A DNA stretch of 63,372 nt, filler included, from Phoronis australis (GCA_002633005.1; 7 parts of 7 records of this genome joined end to end with filler, not necessarily neighbours in it), one strand, 5' to 3'; counted from the first letter of the whole stretch, positions 50,212-63,372 are shown. Notes: a model not told the origin generated them from the sequence alone. Translations and numbers: made by a program.

Positions 50212-50647
50212 ANCTAGTCCTTGTAACGGGCTCCTGCAATGCTATTCTTTGAGTTGAAAAGCAGTTGTTTTGGTGTGAAACTATGTCTTAAAGAGCTTCG
50301 GCTACTCGTGAACGCGAGCGTGTGAGGTCGGCATACTTTGTTTACTACGTAAGCTGTAGTTGGTGAATTAGCGTGAAAGTCGTTAAATGTTTTTAACGTT
50401 CTAATGTTTTAAGAAAGTTTAACCATCCAGAAGATTATGTGGCTCAGTGTATGCGTTTTACTCAAGTGAATGTTTGAAATATGGCATTTGGCTTTGTTCT
50501 GAGGCCTTTGTCGCCGCGTTGTTGGATTTTCATAGATAGCAGTAACCAGGAGGCAATGGTGACAGAAAGAGTGGACTCATGATTAATGCCAAAACATCCA
50601 ATTTTGAAAATATTTCAAGAAATCCTGTTAGAGGGTTGCTTTCAACA

Positions 50648-50823
50648 AATTGACAATCCGTAACTATAGATTGGCAATCCATAATAAGATATTGACAATC
50701 CGTATTAACAGATTGGCAAAAATGAAGTCGTAATAACAGATTAGCCGTTCGTGTTAAAATATTCGCAATCCGTATTAACAGATTGGCAATCCGTAGTAAA
50801 AAGGTTGGCAATCCTTATTAACA
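50648..50823. repeat. 21-bp minisatellite (consensus GATTGGCAATCCGTATTAACA), ~8 diverged units
   Basis: TTG(G/A)CAATCC(G/A)TA recurs at ~21-nt spacing. Confidence 0.85.
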
Positions 50824-50942
50824 AATTCAAATTTATTTTTCCTGGACCTAATGGGTCTTCGCGGTAGGCTCTGGGCTTTGATGTTTTTTGAAATCATAAA
50901 CCCATAGGCGGATTTAGGGGGTTCAGAGTACCCCCCCCCCCC

Positions 50943-51042
50943 NNNNNNNNNNNNNNNNNNNNNNNNNNNNNNNNNNNNNNNNNNNNTTAATTAATTAANN
51001 NNNNNNNNNNNNNNNNNNNNNNNNNNNNNNNNNNNNNNNNNN
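50943..51042. other. Artificial contig linker
   Basis: 44 N + TTAATTAATTAA + 44 N. Confidence 0.98.
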
Positions 51043-54000
51043 TACAGTACGAAGTAGATTTGTCTATTGAAGCTCAAAAGGATTATCGGAATGAATCCAA
51101 AATAGAAAAACAGGACCTGCTGAATATATGTGCTAGGCTACCATACTGCGTTATGGTATAAACGTTCAAATACACTCAAATATAAAACCCGCATGAGGTC
51201 ATACATATTTTACATCAGTTTCTCATCCAGCAGTTGTTTCGTCGGCGTCAACGGGAATCGGCTATATCCATAGCTTATTACGCACCTAGCCTAGGTCTTT
51301 TCGGCGAATTAAAGCGCCATCTTTTAACAAACTGCACGTGATTGGTTCCTGCTCATTGAGCTACACTAATATGACCTTGACATTTAAAGTTGTTTGCTCG
51401 TCTCATTGGTCCACGAATCTTACATGAAATAGGAAATAAACGATACTCCCCACATATATCTCCTTGCCATGTTGATATATTCTATTGATCTGTTCAACAG
51501 ATCACTTCCGGAGATCTCTCGGATCGCGACCATTTATTATTTTCACCTAAGAAGTCCCCACGGACTTGTGGATTACTGTGAGCTGTATTATTACGAGCAG
51601 TACAGGCTATTCGGTACTTAAGGTTTTTATTGACTCGTGGGGTGCGCACTTGAAAAACGTGATGTTGGATGTATGCATCAGTTTTCAAAATAATCTGGCC
51701 AACGTCGAAATTTAAAATTTTTCAGTTCTCAAAACCACGACGAATTATCCATTTCTAGTCTAGAAGCCGTTTTAGTTATCGCTAAATCTCGACAGGTAAT
51801 AACTTACTGCAAAAGTCAATTCATGTTTAAAAGTAATAATGTGCAGGCGCAAGAATGTCACGTTAAACGCTGACTTAAGTTTGAAAAAACTCTATTTTAA
51901 TGCAAAAAAGTATTCGTCTAAACCTCCCAATAATTCTATTTTCAAAACTACTGCAGCGAATTTCTTATGAAAGCCGGTTTTTGTGACCGTTTGAAATAGG
52001 AAAGTGTGAAGGCATAGCCCAAAGAAGTGTTGTGTCTATGAAACGGAAGTCAGTTGTTTCCAGGCGAATCCTTCCCTTCGTAAGCTTTGTCAACTGTTGC
52101 CTCGTATATTTAGGCTCTCTTATTGGTCATTTCTTCATCACGCTCATCCGGGACTCTCCGACTATAGTGCACAAGAGTGATAGAAACGTGAAGTTTTATC
52201 AACACATAGCATCTTTTGAATGAGTTTCAGGCATATCTCCGATATTATAGGCGTACTCTGACCTAATAACATTTATCTTTTGGCTAAACAAATTGATGCA
52301 GATTTCTGGAACTCCTTGTAAGTTTTCGATAAGCAAATGCCGTCGACGAGACTTGTTCGACTGCCAAACATCTAGCTTATCAAGAACTACCAAACAACAT
52401 GTCGTGGAAATCGACGACGTTTGATGAGACCGCCAAAAAGTTGCTCAAAGAATCGTTTCAAACCGAGATTGAAGGCTATAAACTTGTCATTTGCCTTTCT
52501 ATATTTTGAATTTTGCTTTGCATTTGCTCTCCTAAAAACCTGGTTGCCGTGGACGAGTGACGAATGACTGCGAGATTGGCCTAGGAAACCCCGGCCCAAG
52601 ATAACCACCCGAAAACCTCTGTTGCCGTATAAATTTAAAGTGAGGGGAGCAACAAAATTAATCCGGTTATCAAATGCACGAATCGCCTCTTTTACAATGC
52701 TTTTAGTACTCAGCATGACGTTTTTGTCTGAAAATACTAGCAGACCGTAACTCTGATCAAACATGAGCAATACATGTCTATTGTGTGCTAGTGTGAGTTA
52801 CGAAGTAAATGTATGCGAATGAAACTATATTTGATTACCGCGCCATCTATACATCAACGGAATCCCTAGATACGCATGTGGGAATTTCCTATCAGTATGC
52901 GTTGACGTCATTTTCAAAGCAAAATTACGCCGTTGGTGTAGGTCATTAAGCAGAGAAACTGGTTACATTTTGTGGAAAATGGTCTACTTTTTCTAATGGC
53001 AATAATCGTTTTGTTGTTAGTCAAGCAGTGTCTCTGAAATTGCTTTCGGTAAATAATCGAAAACCTTTGTATAGCCATTTGACCTTTACCGGTTGTTTTC
53101 ACGTTATCTACATAAAAGCGTATTAAGACTTAACAACATTCGAATACACCATGCAAATGCGCAAGACCGATAGTCGCGTGTGCCTACGAGTGCAGCTCAT
53201 CGTTTTACTTTTAATATTTTGTTGTCTTATCCGTCAGTAGCTGCACGACATTTCAACATCTATTTTATTTATTTATATTGAAGAAAACGAATTAGCTGTT
53301 CAGTCCTTTCGCGGTCACTGTGACTGGTCGTCAGAAAACGTAAAACGTTTTCGTTGCATACACTGTGGGCGCATGGTATAGCAAAGCGTAAGATTTGTCT
53401 ATACACACTATTTCATTGGATGTACAAGAATGTATTTTATTGACATGAATTCTCCGCTGAGTAGGCTGCGCAATTAGGTTTTCCAGATAATTTTAGCGAC
53501 ACGCTCTTTGCATCCGTTCCTGCGTCGTCGCATTTTTCTGAAGGATTTTGCGTGACCTTGATTGTTAGCTAGGTTGTCGCGTCCAAGGAACGCATCCCCG
53601 ATTATCATTTTATTCGTAATCGCACTGCCGAAGAGCATTAAATGAAGATGTCTTAAACCTTCTTCCTTATAACGTCAAACAATTTTTTTTCGTTTTTTAG
53701 TGTGTTCTTAATCATTCGTTCTTTGTCAACAACATATTAACGTCGCTTAGTGGGATATTTGTGATGTCTTTTGTAAAACAAAGGCGCGTCCATTGTTAGC
53801 CGAATGTACTGATATCACTGAGGAATTGGTCAACATTGGGCTAGCCATGTGACATAAATAGCGAAAATGCCCACTTTGTCTATGGCATCTCTGGTAAAAG
53901 TGTCCATGACGTGTTAAATATTATTTTGAAACATAAGCAGGAGAAACAGTATATCATGTGGTACCAAAGTACCCGCAAAACTTCAAGAGTGTGTAGTGCA

Positions 54001-57000
54001 TTAGTTTATTGCAGTTACGAGCACGGAAAGCAAGAAACCAAAAGTTGGATACGATCTGTCTACACGTAATCGCAATAACAGGTTCGGTATCAATAAAGAC
54101 GGTAAACAATCGAGTGCATAACGTTTTCCCCATATTGATTCGTTATATCCCATAGGAGTCATAGAGTTTCATTCGATTTGAACACTTACTATCATAACAA
54201 GGAAATGCTCCTAATAAAGATTGACATCGAATAAGGAATTTAACTAAAGAGTTCACAAGTACGCAAAATGGCTAATGGTATTGGCGGTCTCTTTATAGTC
54301 GTGTATGACTTTCGTCGTCTTAACACGGAAAACACGCATTCTTCTTTTGACTGGTCCATGTTTAAACACTCTGTGGTCTTTGACAGTATTCCGCACGAGT
54401 TAGAATCAGCTCGTGGTCCCGGGCTAAAGTAAAATGACTCGACTTGAGGCAATTATAATTCGCAAAGAAAATGATTTTTAAAAGTTAATGGTGTTGTTTT
54501 CTTCTTGCTTCCCACCAGCATGTCGATGACACCCGTCATCGTCGATGTCGTCGTCTTGTCGTCGCCTCAGATTAGTTCGAGGTCTCTTTTGTAGCAGGTA
54601 AAGACCAAAATACGACACATCAAAATTCTACAATGTATTACTGTATCGAGCCCCCTTCAGCATAATGCACACAACTCATAGAATTAAAACATGGAAAGTA
54701 CCTTAAAATCAATAAACACAATTATGAAAAAGCGATGTTCAATGAGGTCTTTTAAGACATTAATAGTGTTGAAAATACCAAACGGAATTGGACAACACCA
54801 AGTTCTTTAGCGGTACAAAACAACGTAACAGTACTGTGTACAATGCGTCTCGTGGAAAGTCTCGCGAAAGCAGTGACGTAGCGAAAGGACTGTTCGACCA
54901 ATAAAGGAGTGCCCAGGAATTAAAAAGTGGACAAAAGCGTAAGAATGTCTTCAGCGTTAGTGCCATGGCGCTGCAGAAAACATGAGCGCTAACCATCAAT
55001 ACCAATTTCTCTCTCTTTGGTCGCCACTAATTTCTCCTCTACCGTCGCCACTTAGGCTTCTCTGTATCATGCATTAAGTGTCCACCAGTATTTTATTCTC
55101 GCTTAGGGAAAAGAAGTCCCCCTATCACCCACTTCATTCGTTTATGCATGGGCTGCGCAGCACTGAAAAAAGTNCCCCCCCCCCCCCCGTGGGCACCACC
55201 TATAGACTATGTTATGGTGAATGCGTGATTGTCACAGTAAAGCAACCTCGTCGACCATACTGAAGATTTTGGAATAAGCGCCACCTGAAGGCATTCCAAG
55301 GAGGCCCTTGTGAACATTTTCCGAAAAACGCCCTTTAGTATTTTTTCCACACATAACACTTTTCAAAATTCGTCATTAATCTCTTTAAAAAAAATTAAAA
55401 ATGTTATTTCACTATTTCCAGTGCCATTTGAACTTTTTGAAAGATTCGTTGTTTATTGTTTTTGATAAACAGGCGGCGCGGCACTCGTATTACTCTCGCA
55501 TATGTTTCGAGTTAACAATTGAACTTGTCAAAGACTTTGAATCTTCCCATGGAACTGTTACGGTTTGATGTGCTTTGCTTTTTGCCGTGAATATGATACG
55601 GCGTGACTTGCCGAAGTTAAATCGAGGAATAAAACACAATAACGTTTAACACAAATGGTACCAATAAGTACTGTTCTTTCATAGCTTGATCTACCCAAAA
55701 TGCATATATTTCGTATATTTATGTGTGTTAACTGTGTCCAGCCAAGTTCTGTTTCAGGAACTTGCTATGAAATGTGATATGATACATTGCAATGATTTTG
55801 TTACTACTGTTTACTACTCCTGCCCGCTGGTGATCTTTTATGTACGTGTATGTACGCTTTTTACAAAGATCTAAGCCTCGTTTCTGCTCATTGAGCTACA
55901 CAGTTCAACGCAATTTGGACGTATAGGCAGAAACAAAACTTTGTCTTCATACGTACGAAGGAGGTCGTTTTGGTATCATTGCCTTAGGACGTGAAAAACC
56001 CTCGCACCCCAATCATGGGCTGCGCACCATAGGGGGCTGGGGGGGCTATAGCTCCCCACTTTTTTCAGGGCTGCCCCGCCCATGCCACTACATGATTTTT
56101 TTTAATACTAAATAACCGCCAAGATATCTGCAGTTGGTAGTTTGTTTTGCATGTGGCGTATAGAAAATTACAAAAGCTCGTCCAATCCCTTGCCGTTTCA
56201 CTTTTTCATTCTTGAGACGAAAAAAGACGAAACTATGCGATATTTTCTAGCATGCCCCGTGTAACATCCTAGTGGTGATGGCATATTTTATTCTGGATAC
56301 TAGAACCGGTTACTGTTAAACAATTGGGCACCTACAATGCGCTTCTAATGAATTGATCTTGTGCCACGCTTCTGGCTTACTCGCACGTCATATGTGCATA
56401 ATTTAGGCCCATGTGCCTATATCCGAATACGTCTTCTTTCAAATTTCGCTTCCCCAAGTGTTTCACATATAGGCGCAGGTCTACAGGCGTAGGCGCCTAT
56501 TCCTTGTACATGTCCGTTCTTAGTACTTTTCATTAAGAAACTTCCAGCTATAAAAGTATCTCTGAATAAACTTCAACATCTATGATTTTGCAACGGATGA
56601 GGCATCTTCCCATCCACTACGTGGACATCAATGGCGCAACTTCACCCGCACGTGCGCTCCGTTTGCAAGGTTTCTCAGTATATCAGATTGCTTAAATACC
56701 TTACGCCATTTCGTAGCAAAATTTTATTATGCGAAACACTGCCAACTAAATTATTTTTGGATAATTAATGGACCACTTTACGTTTTATGCGCAAATTGTA
56801 TGAAAGAATTCTTTTACCGAAGTACCATAACTGAATTAAAGCGTATCGATCACTTTTGTTCACCAATGAACAGTAAACATATCTCTAAGTGGTTCTCCAT
56901 TTTGTGAATTAGCAGCTTTAGGCACATTTCTAAAGCACACAACAATCGTATAACCGTGTTTCCTAAGCTATTCTAGTAATTGATTATCTCGTAATTCGTA

Positions 57001-57900
57001 TTTCTTTCAACATAATGGCTAAGTGAAACGTTTTTAATACTCTGAGTTTTTTTAGCTGAATTTTGAAATATCAGTTGTACTGTGTATCGCATTTCTTTTA
57101 GATTACATTAATAGCGTGCAAAACTTAAAGTGGGTTTTCTAATGACACGCTGTTAGAAAAATCCAACCTAGACCACATATCACTACAGAACTGGTCTAAA
57201 TATTGGTATGGTTTTGAATCCGTTGCAACGAAGATCACCAAGAGCATTTACTTGTAAAAATCATGACGTTAGAGACCGCTGTAACATTTGACCGAGTGAC
57301 GTCAGCTGCAGCCGTTACTTCACGTTTAAAAACTGCAGTTCGCCTTGGTTACTTGAGCTGGATAAAAACATTAATAGAATTAGGCTCCATACTCTCATGA
57401 AATCGGTGTTATAAAAGTCTTTACCGTAATATCAAAAAGGACAATGGCCAAAAAGTGATGTAATTACTGTAATAGGATTCTATTTCCATTTCCAACAAGA
57501 ACATCGGGCCTTGCGAAGTCGAAAATGGCACGTCAATTCAAGCTCGGATGAGCGCGGTTACGTTTTCAAAACCAAAACCGTTTCGCTTAAGAATTCAACA
57601 CTGACAGCTAAACAGCCGCAAAATGCCCCTTTAAGCAGTAAGCAAAAGACAACCACAGTTCAAACTCATTTGGCGAGTACCAAAAAAAAACATTCACAGA
57701 TTCAACTGTTTGTACCATTAACAATTTTGGACGTGTATTTTTTGAAACTTTGCATGGTTGCAAGTTGGAGCTTATTGCTGGATAAAATATCAAGCAGACA
57801 GACGATAGAGGAGATTCATACATCATTTGAAAGTTCAATACTCTTATCCTCAAAATGTATCAACGATATCAAATTACATTCGTCAGTGGGGGCCTAGTCG

Positions 57901-58124
57901 GGTTTTTTTCACTGTGATATATATTTATTGAAGGATACACAGAACATACAAAGAAATAATAACAAACCCAGAAACCGCGAAGCATTATATCTGGGTTGTA
58001 AACAATTCATAAATGAAACTTATATACATAGAGGTATATACAATTAAGTAGTATCTAAAATAAGTATTCCAATACTTAGACATGCTATTACAGATATATA
58101 AAAACAAAAATATGTACAGATTCA
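57901..58124 (-). mobile_element. 5'-truncated LINE 3' end with a 12-bp TSD
   Basis: Flanked by GGGGCCTAGTCG at 57889-57900 and 58125-58136. Contains the hairpin AACCCAGA...TCTGGGTT and a minus-strand AATAAA. Confidence 0.6.
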
Positions 58125-59276
58125 GGGGCCTAGTCGTTTATTTAATTAATTGTGATTTTAGAGCGACGGTCAAGGCACTTATCGAAAAGTGTTTTGTGGA
58201 AAGGAATTAAGTATACAGAAGTGGACAGTTTGAGCTGAATTTACGAGAAACAACTGAAACATATTGCGAATCGATGCAGTTGTAAAGCAAAAATGACCAG
58301 AAATATAAAGTCAACCCTCTTCGCGCGCACAAATTCAGCATCACCAGTCTCCCCTTTGAACGCATGATGAACCTCCGAAAGCGCTCTCTTGCGGATCTGT
58401 AGATGAACGGAGCGTATTTGCGATAGACAATCTAATGATGGCTACATGATGACTGTTCCCTGAAAATCTGGGTGTTTTTGGTGTTCACACTCATTTTAGG
58501 TTTTGGGGTTCTCTGCTCATTAGGTACATGTTAATCGGAAATCGAAAAGCCCAACAAGTTCGGACCAGATTTGCCGTGAACTGTTGTGCTAGAGGGATTA
58601 CTTGCCGATAATCCCGGCAGATGGCAGTATATTACAGATTAAAACTCCGAAATACAAAGAAAAATCAATTACTTTTACTAGTGTACATGAGTTAGTCAAA
58701 GTTTGTCTATTTTAGACTGTTACAAGTATTGAAATATGAAAGGTTGCAAACGTTTGATTATAAGACACAAGCATGGAGTAAATTATTCACCATTGAATAT
58801 TATATTAGAATACACTTGTTGTATCGATGTGAGACATTGATTTACTGTTCTTTTTCATAGTGTGAATCAGTTACACTTCTTTAGTGGTTTTGAAAAATAC
58901 TTTCTTGCTAGGGAACAGAAATTTTTAGGAGGCTGTGTTTCGCCAAAGTTGTCATAATCTCCCAAAATATGCCACGCTGACGAAACCAAAAATAGAGCAA
59001 GTGGTGCGTGAACGTGTCATCAGCCCATTGTTTAACGGCAGGTTGGAGATTGATTTTGAGTGACGTGTGGATATGTTTGATATTTATTTTTATGATTTAT
59101 GGAGTGGCCTGAGACTTGTTTGTGTGACTTAAGGGAAAGTTGGAGACTTATTTTGCATCAATAGTGGACCGACTTGAGATTTAATTTTTGTGAGTGGGTT
59201 GGTACCTTATTTATAATTTGTGTTTTATTTCACTCTACATTTAATTAAACCACAGGCATTGTTTTTTCTTTTGCAG

Positions 59277-59372
59277 CTCAGCCCATACTCCATTGCGCTG
59301 AAGACTTTGATTAGTGTGTCGACTGTGATATTACTGGGTTTGATCATGGCATACCACGCTCTCGAAATACAA
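59277..59372 (+). CDS. KCNN: Small-conductance Ca2+-activated K+ channel (SK/KCNN), exon (S2)
   Basis: Encodes LSPYSIALKTLISVSTVILLGLIMAYHALEIQ; 96 nt, boundaries ttgcAG / GTGAGT. Confidence 0.92.
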
Positions 59373-59918
59373 GTGAGTAGCGGTGGATGAAACGAAATCT
59401 GGGATGTGTACTTCCAGTAAGGGATATACGGTTACATGGTAGTCACTTTTCAACGAAAATCCCTATGGTTAGGTAAATAATATCTAGGAAAACAACTTAG
59501 GTGGGGATATATTTCGTTTTTCACGGCAAAACTGCAAAGGCAAATAAGCTATTTCTAGATTTGGTAACCGACTTATTAGGTCTAAGTCTTTGAATTAAAA
59601 TTATTGTCAGTAACTTCCCCGTTAATCGTCAAACCTTTTGCAAACCCCCTACACATTTCTGCTAAATCCACAAGCGTTACCAACGCTTTGAGAGATAAAC
59701 TAATGTATGGCTGAGAGGCAAAGTTTTCTACCCCCATTCACGGGATCCGAACATTCTTTATGAAATAATAGTAGTGTATTTATCTAATTCATTTTCTCAT
59801 TACATTGTCACGTATTAAGTTTTCAACGAATTTTGAACCACGTTGTTCTACCCACGCATAGACGCCTAAAGTCAAAGAAATCGTGGTTTAATATTTTACT
59901 TTGTTTTATTATTTACAG

Positions 59919-60044
59919 TTGTTTGCCATCGATAACTGTGTCGAGGACTGGAGGATTGCTATGTCAGGCAAGCGAATTACACAAATGGTGGTCGAGTTGA
60001 TCGTGTGCGCGCTACATCCGTTTCCGGGTGACTTTACCTTCATA
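59919..60044 (+). CDS. KCNN: SK/KCNN channel exon (S3), truncated by the contig end
   Basis: Encodes LFAIDNCVEDWRIAMSGKRITQMVVELIVCALHPFPG. Confidence 0.93.
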
Positions 60045-60144
60045 NNNNNNNNNNNNNNNNNNNNNNNNNNNNNNNNNNNNNNNNNNNNTTAATTAATTAA
60101 NNNNNNNNNNNNNNNNNNNNNNNNNNNNNNNNNNNNNNNNNNNN
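60045..60144. other. Artificial contig linker
   Basis: 44 N + TTAATTAATTAA + 44 N. Confidence 0.98.
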
Positions 60145-60842
60145 TCAAATTTTCATATTTTACTTACCAATAAAAACATAATATGGAAAATGTGGTATGA
60201 AATGATATTAGAAAAGTACATTTTTTCAAACTGGAAGTTCCAAAAACATTAGCCGACCTGAGTAGGCTGTGTTCTCTAACTATTTTGTGTTGATAGCTTT
60301 GATCAATGGTCAAGTTGCCAAGCACTTTTCAGCCTGCCCAGCCCACATACAAAATGTGCCTTTTGTACTAGAGCAATTATGGTGCAAATTGGTAAAAATG
60401 ATCATGCAAAAGATATTCAGTTGATCAGATGCACGGTGTTTGCATTGTGCAGCTTGCTCACGGAGAAGCTATGTCTGCCTTAAAAAATTGATATTTATAT
60501 TCACTTTGGTTTAATAGAAATCTGCTTCAATTTCCAACACCTTTCAGCATAAGTAAAATAAACAACCCAGAGTGACCAAAAAGGTAACATTCCCCTTTAA
60601 ATGATGCTAATGTTCATTCGGAGTTTGCATATTTTCAAAGAAGTACAAAATATAAGATGGTCGTTTCCACACTGCATATTAATGTAACCACTGTCCGTAC
60701 TGTATTTTTCACCGTAGCTCATCAGCTCAAACAAATCAATTGTCCACGATCTCTCAACTTGTGTGTTGCCATCCCAACATCACATCCATCTTGTTCATTC
60801 ACCATTCAGACCAGCTACCACATGTTACCTATTCTATTGCAG

Positions 60843-61016
60843 CACTCCATCCCAGCTATGGAGCTGAGGCAGCCGTTCTTCCCCACTCACATGGGTCTGA
60901 CCAAACTGAGGCTGTTCCATCGGACGCTACTCAAGCGCTACACCTACGGCCCCATGAGTGAGCCTGGCCCCAAGTCTGTACTGCCCCTGTTGAAGACCAT
61001 CAGGAGAAAAGCCAAG
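60843..61016 (+). CDS. TAF1: Transcription initiation factor TFIID subunit 1, exon (DUF3591 region)
   Basis: Encodes [27 protein letters not shown]...[10 protein letters not shown]. Confidence 0.95.
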
Positions 61017-61202
61017 GTAAGGTTGCAGTTCAGTTCGACGTTTTTGCGTTTTCTTAGTACAAGTAGGTACAGTTGACCTAAGACGCGTTTGCATATTCAT
61101 GCTCTTTCCTGTGTCCCTTGGGTTTTTGAATTACAAGAACGGAAACTAAAAAGGGCTTGACGCCGTACTCTTGTCTACATTCACATTTCTTTCTATCCTC
61201 AG

Positions 61203-61376
61203 ATGCGAGAGCTGGAGCGACAAGCAGCAGGTGGAGGTGAGATTTTCTTCATGCGAGCCCCCCAGGACTTGACAGGCATGGATGGGGAGCTGATACTGGC
61301 CGAGTACTCAGAGGAGTGGCCCCCAGTGCTGTCACAGGTTGGCATGGCAACCAAGATCAAGAACTACTACAAAAGG
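61203..61376 (+). CDS. TAF1: TAF1 exon
   Basis: Encodes [38 protein letters not shown]...[13 protein letters not shown]. Confidence 0.96.
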
Positions 61377-62145
61377 GTAGGTGATGGGTATGTGGTTTTT
61401 GACTTGAAAGGAATATAATTCTATAACTTGCTGCTACCATGTGTGAATCAAAAGGTCTTGACACTGCAGTAGGTTTGTGCGTGCTGTGAGTCGGAGTCTT
61501 TTCTTTCTATTTTGTATGATGCAGAAAATTTTCTGACTTTAGTTATCTTTGGAACATCATATCTCAGAAACGGCTGATCAGATTTCTACGAAACTTTCAA
61601 ATACCATGCTTTAGGCACTGTTCTCCAAAAGGCTACCAAGGATTGTTTTAAAATATTTCACTTTTGCCTGAGGGCTCTCATAAAACAGGACTTTTTCGTG
61701 AAATAATTAAGCTGCACAAAACGAAAATGAAATTATATTTCGAAAAACTGTAACACAGTTTTTCGATATCTCACCTTCAATAAGATGTTATCGATACTGT
61801 TGTTTTGCTATCAGCCTTTCTTTTTTGCTAAATAGACATGGTTCCATAGTTCAGTTAATCACAGATTGGTACTAAGAAGTCAAATATCAAATTCTAAAGG
61901 TTTTCAAAATTCAATTACTACAGGCTTTCTACTGGAGTTAAAATCTATAGTTTTGTAGATATTTTGTTATATACGCAGACATGTCAATAATTTTCTACAT
62001 AATCATATTGAGTTAAGAAACATTTATGTTTTCTAGACCACCTGGAACTTGTTCGTATGGAGATCATGTACTACAAGCATGGCATTTTTGTGATAGCCAG
62101 TGGTTACATCAGTATAGATATATCGTTGTTTTTATTACTTTTCAG

Positions 62146-62336
62146 AAACCAGGGACAGACAACAACCCCCCTAAGTTCAAGTACGGTGAGCTGGCGTACG
62201 CTCACACCTCACCGTTCCTTGGCAACCTGTCTCCAGGTGAGAGTGTCCAGGCAGTAGAGAACAACATGTTCCGTGCACCCATCTATGAACAGATGTTGGC
62301 GGATACTGACTTCTTGATCATCAGGAACAGGCAACA
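62146..62336 (+). CDS. TAF1: TAF1 exon
   Basis: Encodes KPGTD...[14 protein letters not shown]...[10 protein letters not shown]...TDFLIIR. Confidence 0.95.
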
Positions 62337-62689
62337 GTAAGTGGCACTCTTTAACTGTCTCTACATAAATGCTACATATCCTGACATCTACCTGATAAGC
62401 CAGGTAAACTCGGCTCCATACTGTTACAGGTGGTCTGCGCAGTCATAAATCTCACTGCGTGAGACTAGAATATCTAGGCACCAGGCAACTAGGATATATT
62501 CTGGGCAATGAGAAGTCGTTATTATGCGTCAACAGTGTTAATTAACATTAAAGGTGTGGCAATAGTTATTTATGCTGGAAACCAATCTGTAGTTTATATT
62601 GAGATGTGACAAATCAAGCAGGATGTTTGGACATATTAGTTGTAAAGTGTTGTGAAAAGAAAATCACGCACATATAACCGTTTTTCAAA

Positions 62690-62810
62690 GTAGGTGTGTG
62701 CCTGGTTGATAAGTGCCTGCTATCTTTACTCAAGGTCGTGGGTTCAAGTCCCACCAGGTCACACTGCTAAACCCTTGAGCCAGGTTTCTAGCTCCTCAGC
62801 TCATGTTTTA
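62690..62810 (+). mobile_element. tRNA-derived SINE remnant
   Basis: B-box GGTTCAAGTCC after a degenerate A-box, followed by a CCCTTGAGC core-like motif. No complete cloverleaf. Confidence 0.55.
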
Positions 62811-63168
62811 ACCATATATTAATAAAGCATAAAAATAGTTCCAGGTGATCAGTGTAATGGGCCCACATGCGAAGCCTGCGCATGTCTGGTACAACTTGTG
62901 TCAGACCGCCTGCAATTATTTTTATTTAGGTGTAGCAGTGTGGCTGGATTAGAAGACAGAATTTGTGTAAGCCAATACAGAGCTGGTCTTTTGACTTCAA
63001 TGTCAAATCTTGAAGTAAAATGTGGTATGAGCATCAAAATGGTTTCTTTTGGAGATTGTTCATGCAGGAGGCAACACTACTTGAGACTTTGACTTGTCTT
63101 TATCTCTTGTTCTCTAAAAGTTTGTTGACACTTCACTGCTCAACTGCTGTTGTCTACTCTGTTCTCAG

Positions 63169-63283
63169 CTACTGCATTCGGGAAGTGGATGCTATCTACA
63201 CAGTGGGACAGCAGTGCCCTCTGATGGAGGTACCAGGACCTAACTCCAAGAAGGCCAATAACTTTGTTCGAGACTTCCTTCAA
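63169..63283 (+). CDS. TAF1: TAF1 exon
   Basis: Encodes [38 protein letters not shown]. Confidence 0.95.
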
Positions 63284-63372
63284 GTATGTCTGTTCTGCTT
63301 CAATTTCCTTGACAAAGATTTGTCGGGGCCTCTTTGATACGACATATAGTGTAATCTTCACGTGTGCAAGAC

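Noticed and set aside
50648-50823. CRISPR-like periodic repeats
   Set aside because: The 21-bp units are head-to-tail with no unique spacers, there are no cas genes, and the context is eukaryotic.
51043-59276. Upstream KCNN exon or other genes (e.g. ORFs 52387-52770, 57511-57897)
   Set aside because: No S1-type KCNN peptide or recognisable domain was found; the region looks like intron with decayed repeats.
62690-62765. tRNA gene
   Set aside because: It has a B-box but no complete acceptor or anticodon stems, and it continues into a SINE-like body.

Overview
This is intron-rich, repeat-rich animal genomic DNA (a bilaterian invertebrate; lophotrochozoan-like is my inference), not prokaryotic sequence. 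It consists of seven contigs with no demonstrated linkage, joined by six artificial 100-nt linkers (44 N + TTAATTAATTAA + 44 N): 1-5818, 5919-15084, 15185-22369, 22470-29455, 29556-50942, 51043-60044 and 60145-63372. Spliced genes reconstructed by hand, with GT-AG boundaries and consistent phases: WDR48/UAF1 exons 1-2 (-), a Reeler-domain protein with a GPI-type C-terminus (3 exons, -), USP9X/FAF (11 exons, -), a complete two-exon 420-aa ecdysteroid-kinase-like (EcKL/CHK) gene (-), an SK/KCNN channel (2 exons, +) and TAF1 (4 exons, +). There are also two orphan exons. Most ORFs in the supplied track are spurious. The non-coding DNA is rich in nested mobile elements: long foldback palindromes (two with TAG...CTA-type termini, Academ-like), a solo LTR inside one foldback, a deleted Gypsy element carrying two nested insertions, a MITE with an internal tRNA-type Pol III promoter, a Helentron/HINE-like satellite carrier, LINE and SINE remnants, a THAP fragment and two degenerate hammerhead-like motifs. 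I found no CRISPR array, rRNA or intact tRNA, and I cannot demonstrate a new multi-gene system. The most unusual signals are the foldback and nested-element architectures.
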